In this document: positions 14,057 to 25,926 of the stretch, in pieces | Position numbering within the stretch: position 1 is the stretch's first letter | How the letters are laid out: the number at the start of each line of letters is the position of its first letter | Assembly: GCA_004764695.1 (NCBI GenBank) | Contig: SMSO01000032.1 | Span: forward strand, 620,001-684,000 | Direction of reading: 5' to 3' | Source of the DNA: Schizochytrium sp. TIO01 | Lineage: Eukaryota > Protista > Bigyra: Labyrinthulomycetes | DNA: 64,000 bases | Notes under the pieces: generated by a model | Database searches by the model: none | Told to the model about the DNA's origin: nothing | What the model saw: the letters and a program-made list of their open reading frames with translations, nothing else | Translations under genes and position numbers: made by a program

Positions 14057-16699
14057 AAGCTCGACGGTCTCATCGCGAGGCACAAAGGCTTTCACCGGTT
14101 CTTTGCCGGAGTGCCCCGAATAGAGCACGTTGTGGTGGGTGGGTGGAAAAACATCAAAAAAGTTTTCACAGGATTTGAACGTTCTTGGGCCGTGCCGTTC
14201 CAAACTGCGACCTGTTCTGGCTGTTCTGAAAACCGGTTGTGTTTTGCTATTTAGAGTAATGATGCTTGTTCGGTCGTTCTTTTCTCCTCCCTCCATGCTC
14301 TACGACAATAAGAACAAGAACAACAAGAACCACGTTCTGGCTACGGTGGCGCTGTTTGAGGACGTGTTCCAAGCAAATCCACTTCCGCGATGCACTATTC
14401 GCCAGGCGGGGAAGAAGAACGGCGCGAAAACCAGACTCGCTCGCTGTTCTTGTTGTCTCCCTCCAATGTATCCGCTGGTCGGTATACATACAATATATAT
14501 ATATATATGTATATATACGTATATGTTCCTTCACAGATCTCGCGGGGAGCTCACTTCTGCTAGACAATCAATCAGTTGAACATTTCGTTCTTAATTTAAT
14601 GAAAGAATGAAGCTTGAAGCGAAATTGATAGCCGAAGTTTTTAAAAGTATCGTTCTCTCAAGCCTCGTTCCAAAGAGTACCTAGCGAGCGGGAAAAGAGA
14701 AGAACAGAACGAGACTGTAGCCTGCCCGCAGAGTGAGAGTGCCAACTTGAACAGACAGAATTTGAACTTGAACGGGCCTGGCGATGTGACCAGGACTGCG
14801 CATTCGCAGCACGTCCCGGCGCAGCTGCGCTTAAGGGCGAGGCCAGAATCTGGCTTCCGCTGCGAGAGAGGCCTTCCGCAGAGAGATTGAGATTGATATA
14901 TTAAGATTGAGATTGAGAGAGAGAGCTCAGACGCGGGTGGAGCTGGAGAAGCCCGGCTCAGCAGCGCTTGTGCTGTGATGACCAAAGTGCCTGAAGAGGT
15001 CTTCCATCTTGCGGCACTTTCAGAGAAAGAACTTGCTTGAAGTTGGAAAATGTGAGGAGAACGGCCAAAAGAAAGAAAGAAAGAAAGGAAGAAAGCCACG
15101 ATACTAAGTCAGTCAGTTGGTTAGTTATGAAACGTATTTGTGGATCTCTTAGCAAGCAAGGAAGACAGGCAGCCAAGGCGACTCCTATCTTGGCAGGAAG
15201 GCACTCTTAGCGTTGGTGGTAATGGAGGGCAATAAGAGCCACAGTAGAAGAGTTGGCAGAATAGGCACCAGCTACCACGTGCTATAAGTTTTGCATGTCA
15301 TGAAGCTTTCTTATCTTTGGCAAGAACCATTTTGGGCTCTCCCTTCTACAAGCCGGCTGGATGGGAGACTGGGGCTACTGCAGCGAGTTGCAGGCTTCTC
15401 CGAGAGCTGATCAGTCTTGCAAAGCAAATTTCTTTATGCTTGAAGTAGCCATGGACAGCTCTGGAGATTTCGATCGTTCCAGTCCGGCTGTTCTGTTCCT
15501 CCGCTTTTTGGAGACCATACTATCGTTCCAGTCACGCTGTTCTGCTCATGTGCCAATCAGGCTATTAAATTCATGGGCCATGGAAACGGAACTCCCGCAA
15601 CTAGCAAAGCAGGACCCCGGAGTCTAAGTGGCTGTTCTCTGGTATTTGCACTGGAAAGTGGCCTTTTCTAAGATCACGGCAGCGGTCCTGTCTGCTCTCA
15701 ATGCAGCGAGTACATACTTCGTTCACCTCGCCGTTCATGTCTTTTCTTTCTTCTCGCCACATCTTTTCTTTGTACAGCGCCAAAAAACCTGAACATTTTG
15801 TAGAGAAAACACATCGGTCGGTTGAGCTTATTTAGTTTAATTTTCAATTTATTTAAACTTTTCAATTTAAAATTAAAAGTATGTATATAGGAAAAAGGGT
15901 TTGGAAAGAATCGGAACGATTCAAAAAGAGACGAACATGGTCTGAAAGAACAGGATTCTTTTTTATTAAAATATTGTGCTGACCAATGAGGAGAGGATGA
16001 GCGATAATGCGCCGACTTATCTTATGAGGGAGCTGGCGGCGGCTTTTCTCCCCGTCACTCTTCGAAGAGTTAGTTTTTCTTTCTTTCTGTCTTTCTTTCT
16101 TTCTCTTTATTTTGTTTCTTTATCCCAGCCTTCTCGCGCCTCGGCTCTTCTTCTCCAGCGGCGTCGTTCCAAACACTCTCACCAAGAAGGCGCCGTCTAA
16201 GCCAGAAACATGAAAGTGAGACGAAAGGACCTTGAAAGACTAGTCCAAAGAAGGCGCGTGAAATGGAGAGGGGGAACTGCGAGCAAGGCAGGAAGGAACA
16301 CCTGCTCGAAAAGAACGCCTTCAGAGACATGCAAGCATACATACATGTGAACAGAATCAAGATAGTACTTTTTGGACTTGCGCTGCGACCTTTTTTTTTT
16401 TTTTTTTTTCAGGTTAAAAAAAACAAACAAAAAACACTCTCTACAGCTCTTAATCATAATAACTTTTTAAATAAATAATAATAAAACAGATAAAAAAGCG
16501 TGGGAAAAAAGACTGGAAAGAAGGAAGCAAGAAAGACACATGAGAACGGAGCGTCATCACCCCCTTACTATGCTTAGTAGATGCGATACCATGAGAAGCG
16601 AGCAGCTTAACGTTTGATTACTTAGTTAGCTCATATCCTACCGTTAGCCTTAGAGGAGCTTCTCAGCATCGGGTTCCTCGACACCTCCCTCATAGAGTT

Positions 16700-16743
16700 C
16701 TAGATAGCTAGATAGCTAGATAGCTAGCTAGCTAGCTAGCTAG
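16700..16743. repeat. Compound (AGATAGCT)n-(AGCT)n microsatellite
   Basis: ctagatagctagatagctagatagctagctagctagctagctag. Confidence 0.9.
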
Positions 16744-19700
16744 AGGTGCCAGTGCGAGAGGCAGAGAAAGGAACGGCAGAAAGGAACGGCAGAACAAGGC
16801 CGCAAAGTTTGGAGTTCTGGCTCACTCGCTTGTTTTCCCCTTCCTTTGCAGGTTTACTTGGCTGCCTGGCTCTCGCCCGCCGTGGCTGGCCAGAGGCCAG
16901 CACCTCAGAGCAGTCTCCTGCGAGGCGGCGTGTAGCCTTGCAGGATGCCATGCTTCGCGAGAGAGCACGAATGCAAGTAGGATCAAGCAGACGCGACGCG
17001 AACTGGAGTGAAGAAAAGAACCGGTAACCATTAGAGTTCTGCATATTTATACTACTAGATGGCTCTAAGAGGCGGCAGAGTGGTCCCGCTCAAAGAAACG
17101 ATGTGAAATCGCTTTCATCGATCGAAGGGGGCCTGCTCGAAGGCGCCTGAGGCCAGACCGGGATGCGCTCCGGAGCAGCCCGGGCACCGTTTCTCACTGA
17201 GGGCTGGCCGCGTGCCTGAGCTAGCTAGCGATCTTTCGCTCCAGCTAGCTCTCGCCGGTCCCAAGTTGAATTGAACTCGACCTCGAGTTCAAATTCAAAG
17301 TCCAACGAGCTCAAATCGCCCTCTGCTCCGCCTATCCTCCAACTAGGTGAAACAATAAGAGCGGCGACGACGACTGATGCGAAGGAATTGAGCCAACGGA
17401 ATCCTCGAAGCGAAGAGAGCCAATGAACGCTGCCGCCGCTGCCTCGCGCGGCGTACTCGAAGGCGCCGGTGTCCTGTCCCGGCGCCGTTAGTTTGGCTGG
17501 CCAGACGCGCCTCCTCGGCGCGAGGGCGGCGCGTCGGCGCGGAGAACGAGTCCCGCCTCGCGAGGGGCTTCAGTTTTGTATTTGTGGAACCGTTTTTGAA
17601 GATAGTTTGGCACCCAATGATTAGTAGAAGGTAGTATCTTTGGAAGCTAGCGGTCCCAGTAGAAGTGTCATCGTACGCCTCTCTAGAGGCTCCGTAGGAC
17701 CGACCGGCTTCTTCCATTCTCTCTTTGTTTCGAAGAGATTTATTCGAAGGAATGATCGATCGATTGGAAAGAGAGAGTGACCACGCTTTGAAAACTTGAC
17801 TGTCTGTCTGTCTGTTTGTCGCTTTCGTCGCTTTGTTTAAACGAACAGAGCAAAGACGGCGCTCAGACAGGCAGATGCACAGGTGGGTGCATAGATGGGC
17901 AGGCAGGCACATGGAGACACCTAGTTCGCTGGAGGCCCAAGGATTCAAAATCCCAAGTTCAAATCTGAGACCTTGGACTTGGAGAGCAGCTTGCTACGCT
18001 CGCTTGCAGAGTTGTTGCGAGGCAGCCATTGGGTTGGCCAGCCAGGCAGTCAGTCAGTCAGTCAGTCAGACAGTCAGACAGGCGCTTGCCGGTCGGTCGG
18101 TAGGCCGGTAGGCCGGTCGGTCGGTCGATGGCGGGCTTGCAGAAGTTTTGCAGAAGGCGAGAGAGCAAGCGACCTCGCTGGCTGGTCTCCCTTCGACCCA
18201 CCCGTCAGTCAGCCTACCTCGAGACAGGCGCCGACGCGGACAGTGCTGGGCCTTCGGGCCTTCGCTGCTGAGCACAGGCGCGACGCGAAGAACCTGCGCG
18301 GCCCACCGCCGCCACGACGAACTCAGGCGAGCAGGCGGGCAGGCAGCAGAACTTTTGAATGATCTCCAGCAGCGTTGGCGCTCTCAGCCAGCCAACGGGC
18401 GGGTCCTTCGGCAGACAAAGGCCATGCATGCCATGATCGTCACATCGTACGATGACAGCGACTAGGTCCTCAGCCCGGCGAGCAGGCGAGAGCATGCTTA
18501 CGCAGAGGGCCTGAGTGGACAAACAATCCGCACGGGCCCGCCGTGGGGATGATCATCGGTGGAGGGACCAAGCAAGTTCAGGTTCGAAGCGAAGAGGTCC
18601 CTCGACCCCCAGCGAGGCGCCCACTACGCTGTATAGACCCACGTGGACGAAGAGCGCCATGAAATCTGCCAGGTCGCTCGTGGATGGAGACGGGAATGAT
18701 GACTCTGTGGCCAAGCTCGAGAGCACCGGAAGAGAGCACCCGTTTCGATTCGTACTTCGGTACGCGCTCGCTCCTCGAAGCCCTGTGTTTTGGACTCGGT
18801 CTGCTCAGCCTCGGCTGATGACATTTGAACAGGCAGACAGCAGAGTTCTTCCTTTCAAGAAACAGATTGACAGGAAATGAATGAGTCGAGCGACGAAGTG
18901 CCTGATGATGGAGAGAAGGCGCTCTATTTGGATGTGGCCTTTTCTCGTCAACTTCTTGCTGCGCCGCTGTGCTGCTGACGAACTCCGCTTCTTCGCAGTC
19001 CATGTGGTTGGTTGGTGCTTTCTTCGATCATCATCGTTCTTCCCTTTTATCCCTTTCGTTTCTTCCGGTCTTTGTTTTCATAGCTCTGAAAATAACCATT
19101 TTTTATTTAATTTATAAATAATAATAAAAGCTAAACTAAACTTCAAAAACTCATTACTTGTGACTTCCTGAGCGTCGTCTCGCCGTTCCAAACGTTTCTG
19201 GAACGAGAGAACATGAGCGGCGCCTGTTCTTTGTTTCTTTGTTATGTTTTCAAAAACATAGTGGACCATTCTATCTCTTTTTGGTTTATTTCAAGTTATA
19301 GTCAACAGTATGGTGAATAGAGCATCCATAAATGAATACCTTCTTTTGATCAATATTTTTAAAATAACAATAATTCGTGGAACAAGGAGAGGCAAGCATC
19401 ATCATCCATCCGGGAAGAACAGCAGAGCTTGAGAACACGAACTTGAAATGAACGAGTGAAGAATGGAGCAATGAACGGGTGAGTAAATGGAGTGAGCGTG
19501 TGATATTGCACACAAGAACCTAAAAAGTCCACTGCTGCAAAGATCAGCGACGCTCTGATTACGTATGCCAAGGCGGCCTCTGCGCGCTTCCCTGCCTCCC
19601 TTGCGCCGCAGCATTGTCCAAATTCCATCAGATTTTCTACGGCGGTATTATTTGCTCCTTCTTTCAAACGATGTTCCTTTTTTTGTCCCTCTCTTTCAGT

Positions 19701-19947
19701 GCATACATAATCAGCGATGATGTCAAAGCAAGCAAAGCAAACCAAAGCAAAGTAAACCAAAGCAAACCAAAGCCTACCAAAACAAGCGATCTCGTGACAC
19801 GTGCTGCGGACGACGATCGCGCTCGCTGCCTGGATCCGCAGTGCCTCCACTGCAGCTACCCCCGCTTCTTCTCCTGTTCGGCGGCTCATCTCCAACTTGG
19901 AGGCCACTGTTCTCCATAGAATCTCAGGCCGTCGATATATATAACAT

Positions 19948-19950
<3 letters not shown>

Positions 19951-19978
<28 letters not shown>
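19951..19978. repeat. (AT)n dinucleotide microsatellite
   Basis: about 14 AT units. Confidence 0.95.
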
Positions 19979-19982
<4 letters not shown>

Positions 19983-20760
19983 ATAGGAAAGGCGGCATTT
20001 CTTGGAACACATAAAGAAGAACGGCGATGACGAGGCATATGACATACTGTTCGCGCTGCTGGGGTAATGGGTAGGTAGTGGCTAGGAGGCCACGAGGGCA
20101 TCGAAGAATGAATGAATCCCTGGTGCTTGCTTCTTTGATGGTTGATCTGATTATCCGTATATTTGTAGCGAGCAGAGCAGAGCAGGTGCCGGCTCGAGAG
20201 CGGTTTCGCAGTACTGAGGGAAGATCTCTTTGGTTGGAGCCGTGGCTCGCTTCGTGGTGGTTTGCAACAGCTCGAGGGAAGGAAGGGAAGGAAGGAAGGA
20301 AGGCTTGCTTGCTTTGCGGGTCTTTTCATTCGTTCGTAGGTTTCTTTCCACTTCTACGAACTATGACATCCATCAGCAATAAAGACAGACAGACAGACAG
20401 ACCGCTTAGTTGCTTTAAAATAATAATAAGATTAAAGTAAGCGAAAGCTATAAATAGATGTGATAGAGACGGCGGTTCTCTGTTTCCTGTTCCCTTTTGT
20501 TGCTGTGTCTGCCATTACAATATTGTAATGAATGAGGGCCCTCTCTCGCCTCTATTGAGGGGCCGCCGTCCCTTGCACTGCTCGCGAGCTCGAGTTGGAC
20601 CGTGGCCGCTTTGGCTGCGGCTTTGGCTGCGCTCGAAGAGGACAAGGGCGCCCAAAATGCGGAAGCAAGCCACAGCGAGCTCAAGCAAGCAAGCAAGCAA
20701 GCAAAGCAAGCAAGCTCGAGCGAAGAACCAAACGAAGCATCGAGCCTCGAATCGCGGGTG

Positions 20761-20786
20761 CTCTCTCTCTCTCTCTCTCTCTCTCT
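20761..20786. repeat. (CT)n microsatellite
   Basis: 13 CT units. Confidence 0.95.
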
Positions 20787-21109
20787 GTGCGTAAGAAAAG
20801 AAGGAGGAGTCTCTCGTTCTCTTGGCTTTCTGCCATTGTTCCTCCTCATGCGAAGAAAGAACGGGCAATTGTAGCAGGTTTGAGAGTGGTAGTAGTGAGT
20901 GTTGGAATCATGATTGATTGTTTTATTTATTTGGGGTCGTTTCTTTTTTTCTTTTCTTTTCATTCCTTTTTATTAAGACATCGTGTTCTTGGTGTTTTAA
21001 TGGAAATGTGATGTGCTTATTTTAATTAAATAGAAAGAGATGAAAGAAGGATCGAAATGCGACCAGAGGGCGCGGAGAATTAGAACGGTCTGGCGGGTCA
21101 TTGAAGCTT

Positions 21110-21140
<31 letters not shown>

Positions 21141-22231
21141 CGATTGTAGTAGGAAATATAAAGGGAAAGGAGGAAAGAACACTTCATCAAAGGAAAGTTA
21201 AAGAATCGCGGTTTGATTGATTGATTAATTGAGTGACCGTCTGACTTGGACCGTTCGCGGGAACACGGCTTTATTGAACGATTTCTTGATAGACCTATCT
21301 GATTGAATGACTGGAAGACTGATAGAGCGACAGAGTGAGTGATCTTGGACGGGTACAACTAGCAAGCGAACTTGAAGAGAAGCGGAATACGATTTGAAGC
21401 CCGTTCTTCAATAATGAAAACTCGATAATGTTTTCTCGCATTTCCCCATTTCGTGTGATGACTAGCTTGACCACGTTTCAACAACAGGCATCTAGATAAA
21501 ACACCTGTCTACTTTTTATTTTATAAATATGAATGCTTAATTATATTCGTATATATAATACTTTTCTTTTTCTTTCTTTATAAAAATAATTAATATAAAC
21601 GTTCTTACCTTTTCCATATCAACTATAAAGAGCAGAGTGTCATTCGCACTCGTTGTTTCATTGTGGACGGCGAAATACATTTCCTGGCATGGCCGCCCTC
21701 TATGATCTATAGCTAGGAAACCCAAGAATCACTCAAGTGTTCTTTTATCTCGAAATATTTTTTTTCAATTCACCTCTCTTTTTTATTATTAAATGAATAG
21801 CATAAAACTAAAAATAAAACTAAAAATAAAGAAAAACACGAAAGAGGAAATGCACTGATAGAAAGTGGAAATGAAAACGAAATCAGTGCAAAGTTGAACT
21901 AGTTCGCTGAAGTAAGTAGCACTTAGCTAGCCAGTAGCATTGAAAGAAAAGGCCTACTACTGTTCTCTTTCTCCAACAGCTGCGGAGGTGGAAGAATGGG
22001 TTTGAAAAGTGGAAGAAGGTATTTCGCGAAAAAAGAACGAGGCGGATGACGGAGCGGCTGAGAAAAGAAAACAGAGCTGAAGCATAAAAAGAGAAAGAAA
22101 AAAGAAAAGAAAAGAAAGAGCAGTGAAAACAGAGAATCAGAGAATCGCTGATGGGCAGACAGCAAACCAGAAACTATTGCCTCGAGCAAGCACTCAAGCA
22201 AGTCAACCGAGCGGACTCTCGCGCGTGAAAG

Positions 22232-22825
22232 ATGAGCCGCGTAGCCACCGCCGTTGCCATGCCCACTGCTGGCAGCCTGCCTGCCAGACCCCGTGCCCAC
22301 AAGAGGGCGCGGTCTATGACTCTGGAGGTCAGATCTCTTCAGGACAAGCGCACTCGACTGGAACAGGGCATTCTTAAGCTCTCTGGAGCCGCGAGACTCG
22401 CAGAGGAGCAATACCAACGTGTCATTGACGGACAGGACTGCTGCTTGTGCAAGCGCAGCGAGCATGCACCGGAGGCTGCTGGCATTGCTGCAGAGAGGCT
22501 CCAGCGCACCCTGGATATGTGCGAGAAGTCGGTGAGCAAGTACATGTCCAAACACAGGTCTTGCATCCTGGAGCTCGCCATGCTTACAGGCAAGTCACAG
22601 CTCGAGTCCACGAGGGACAAGATGCACACCAACGAGTGGTGCTCATTCGAGTTCAAGAAAGGAAAGGTTGCCACGCTCCGTGAACAAAAGGTTCAGAGTC
22701 TCAAAGCTCAGTCCTGCGTTGTCTGCGGTGCCAAGCTCTCCAACCTTGCCACCTTCCTCAGCTCCGTCGATCGCCAAGTTTGTGCTCTCGAATCTGAGCT
22801 CCACGTGCACTCCATCTCATGCTAA
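22232..22825 (+). CDS. Hypothetical 197-aa coiled-coil protein with two CxxC motifs (CCLC, CVVC)
   Basis: ATG-started ORF after an A-rich leader. Strong C/G-ending codon bias (ctc, gcc, aag, tgc, tcc, acc, ttc), unlike the spurious ORFs upstream. Heptad-like helices flank the CxxC motifs. No recognised family. Confidence 0.75.
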   Translation: MSRVATAVAMPTAGSLPARPRAHKRARSMTLEVRSLQDKRTRLEQGILKLSGAARLAEEQYQRVIDGQDCCLCKRSEHAPEAAGIAAERLQRTLDMCEKSVSKYMSKHRSCILELAMLTGKSQLESTRDKMHTNEWCSFEFKKGKVATLREQKVQSLKAQSCVVCGAKLSNLATFLSSVDRQVCALESELHVHSISC

Positions 22826-23802
22826 GCTTTAAAAGCGTAGCACTGCAGGTGGAGGCCTCCAGCAAATCGTGTAACCTTACATCCAAACTTTGCAAAACAA
22901 GAATAATCCCGCTTCGATGAGAGGTCGCTTCGCTCAAACATATAATGTACCATACATACCTAGTAGCATAGTATCATCGAAAAGACCTCTCGTGCCCTTT
23001 GCATCATCAGCTCAGGTCCTCTAACTAGTAGAAGAAAGGAGCGCATGGCAGCCTGCAGGCTGCAATCGATCAGAGAGACTAAAACAAGCCGGGAAACACC
23101 CATCAAACAAACAAATAGTAATTCTTCTTCAATTCATCAGAAATGACCAACGAATACGTTTGTAAACTCTTTTGTCATCAAAATGTAGACCTAAATGTAC
23201 CTTTATCTTCAACTTTTCTCAACACTTCGTTAGTACAATTTCTCATCTATCTTGACGATCAAACGAGCGCGCTTCTCGTGACCCCTTGTTGCTCTTTCTT
23301 TCCTTTCTCCAAGAATGAAAACCAAGGCCTTCATTGCTTGCATTCCAATTCTTTTCGTTTTCTTTTCAAAAAATGTTTTTTAATTTATATCAGTCGAGTT
23401 CAACTCTATAAAGCATAACAGTTGGCTTTATGCCTCTCCTACGATTACTCCTAGGCGACCCCTTACCACTGTATTTCGTAAGCCTGCCTTATTCTTTCTC
23501 CTGTCCTATACCAGGATGTGCTAGTGCCATCTTCCTAACAAATACCCTAAGAGAGACATACGAGAACTCGACCCAACACGCGGTGGTCTTGCACAAGGCA
23601 GATGGTTATGAAATACCTCGTACCTACTCCGCTCGAGCATCAACGGTCAGTCAGTCAGCCAGCCAGCAAGGCGAGTGAAGAAAATGCCACGGCCAAGTAC
23701 GCTGCATGTTTGTTATTATTCAGGTGCAATACTTGCCATCATCATGAAACATTTCGATGGCATCTGGGTCCGCTTCGAGGGCGTTATTTGGTGATCATGC
23801 TT

Positions 23803-23922
23803 TCATTCAATCATTCAATCATTCAATCATTCAATCATTCAATCATTCAATCATTCAATCATTCAATCATTCAATCATTCAATCATTCATTCATTCATAA
23901 TCATTCATTCATTCATAATCAT
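23803..23922. repeat. (TCATTCAA)n 8-bp tandem repeat decaying into (TCAT)n
   Basis: about 10 perfect octamers, then tcattcat/tcataa variants. Confidence 0.95.
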
Positions 23923-24145
23923 TAAATTATTCATTGCAGTCGCACTCCTCTCCGAAACACAGAAGAGAAAGAGTGCTTGGCAGGTAGGTACCTACCTACC
24001 TTCTGCTACAGTCTGTCTATACTCTGTCTATAGCAAGCTACATTGTCCTCGAGTGTGGCGAGTTCAACTTCCTCAGCATCATCACCACGCTGGTTAAAAC
24101 CTAAAAACGGAATGGTTCTCGCCTGAGCCCTGATTGAGTTATGAG

Positions 24146-24375
24146 AACAAACAAACAAACAAACAAACAAACAAACAAACAAACAAACAAACAAACAAAC
24201 AAACAAACAAACAAACAAACAAACAAACAAACAAACAAACAAACAAACAAACAAACAAACAAACAAACAAACAAACAAACAAACAAACAAACAAACAAAC
24301 AAACAAACAAACAAACAAACAAACAAACAAACAAACAGACAGACAGACAAAAAGACAAAAAGACAAAAAGACAAA
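24146..24375. repeat. Long (AAAC)n microsatellite (~48 units) followed by (AGAC)n and (AAAAAGAC)n
   Basis: 24146-24337 perfect AAAC; it explains the QTNK/FVCL ORFs in the track. Confidence 0.98.
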
Positions 24376-24645
24376 TGCCTTTTCTAGGCAGATGTATAGA
24401 TGGGTGGGTACCTACCGCTGACATGAAAAGACAGCGAGCATTTCAAGGGGTCCTGGATTAGCAGTAAGCTTCCTGCTTGCACCTGAGCACGACATTTCCA
24501 TGAACGAATTGAAGCGAACGGAGAGAAGTAAGTACCTAAAAGAAACTTTTACACCTCGCACGGAGTCGAGCAACGAAGACAAAGGACTTTCATGGCACCG
24601 GAGTGTGGCACGATGCAACCTTTTTTGATATTCAACAGCAGAAAA

Positions 24646-24646
<1 letters not shown>

Positions 24647-24689
<43 letters not shown>
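24647..24689. repeat. (GATT)n microsatellite
   Basis: about 10 units ttgattgatt... Confidence 0.95.
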
Positions 24690-24691
<2 letters not shown>

Positions 24692-25879
24692 TGCCATTTG
24701 AGAATCAAGAGTGGCATCCGTTCCTATTCGGAAATCAGCACCTCGCGACTGGATGAAGGCAACTAGCTTCTTACCTCCCAGACTGCCTCGTCGACTGGAA
24801 ATTTGCAATCGGGTAGAAGGAAATCGACAGCACAAGTTCATTCATCCGTGGCATTGCCAACATGAAGATATGCAACACGACATTTGCCTCGTTTGGGGCC
24901 CAATTCCAACAGCAACGTGTAAAACATACAGCGCTAGCTTGAAATCAACTAAACCATCGCCAGGGCACCTGGAACTCGATACTTAAATCGGCGTGGCCAT
25001 CGCCCTCGTCGTGCCAAGATGCCGAGCAATTTGTTCATGACGGGGAACATTTCAAGGAGCAGAGATTAGCTTTCAGCCTCTTGCTCTCCCTCCAGCAAAT
25101 ATATCTTACGAATCACATGCCGAGAAGAACAATCGATGCCTAAGTGCTGATTTGTACCTACCAGCAGGAAGACTGTGTCGACTCTGCAACGCGCTGCTGC
25201 GATGATGCATGCACAAGCAAGCTTACAAAGGAACGCTCCCCGCACTTGGTTATCATAGAACGAACGAAGAAACTTGTTTGTCCAAGCTGGTCTGGTTGAG
25301 CTCTATGAAAAGGCCCTGGCAAAGGTACTGCATAAATGGTTACATCATTTATTTGATTCATTGTCGAATTGGTTTTTTTGCTGTTGATGAAATTGTAATG
25401 ATGAAAGAAAGAGCCTCTTCGGCTGACCGGACTTTAAAGTAGACGCGGTCTAGGAGGTACTTAGTGAAATGTGTAGAAGGGCCATTTCTGCAACACATTA
25501 CATTGTGTCGGCCGACCCAAAGGATACCTTTTCATCTGAGTGAGGCTCGTCAGCCGTCTTGCACGAAGACGTAACTAGCGAAGGTAGCAGTAATGAAGGC
25601 TCGCTGACAACACCAGAATGGGATGGAGTGGCACAGCACTGACTTTGACTTTGATGTTTTTTGTAGCAACTGTTATACAGGAATGAATGGAAGAAATGGT
25701 CCAAAATCCATCGTGAAATTCAAGACCTAACATTCAGGAGAGATGAAATTGCTTGCGAAAGTAGAACAGAATATGCAAAATATCGAGATGGTTATGGACT
25801 TATATATGAACTTAAAGAACGAGGTGCGAAAGTTGAAAGAAGGAGGATTAGCATCTTTGTGAAAAATTGTATTGTTGTG

Positions 25880-25926
25880 TAGTAGGTAGGTAAGGTACCT
25901 ACCTACCTACCTACCTACCTACCTAC
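25880..25926. repeat. Inverted compound microsatellite (TAGG)n-GGTACC-(CCTA)n
   Basis: tagtaggtaggtaaggtacctacctacctacc... Confidence 0.9.

Noticed and set aside
2058-21725. Numerous 60-230 aa ORFs in the ORF track
   Set aside because: They overlap on both strands, many start at TTG/GTG, are Arg/Ser-rich or translate microsatellites (LACL, SQSV, YIYI), and show no codon bias or domains; treated as spurious.
24006-24461. ORFs with (QTNK)n / (FVCL)n repeats
   Set aside because: Direct translation of the (AAAC)n microsatellite.
24700-25885. Possible decayed gene (e.g. MKLLAKVEQNMQNIEMVMDLYMNLKNEVRKLKEGG at ~25743-25861)
   Set aside because: Short, competing open frames, no identifiable family or clear splice structure; left uncalled.
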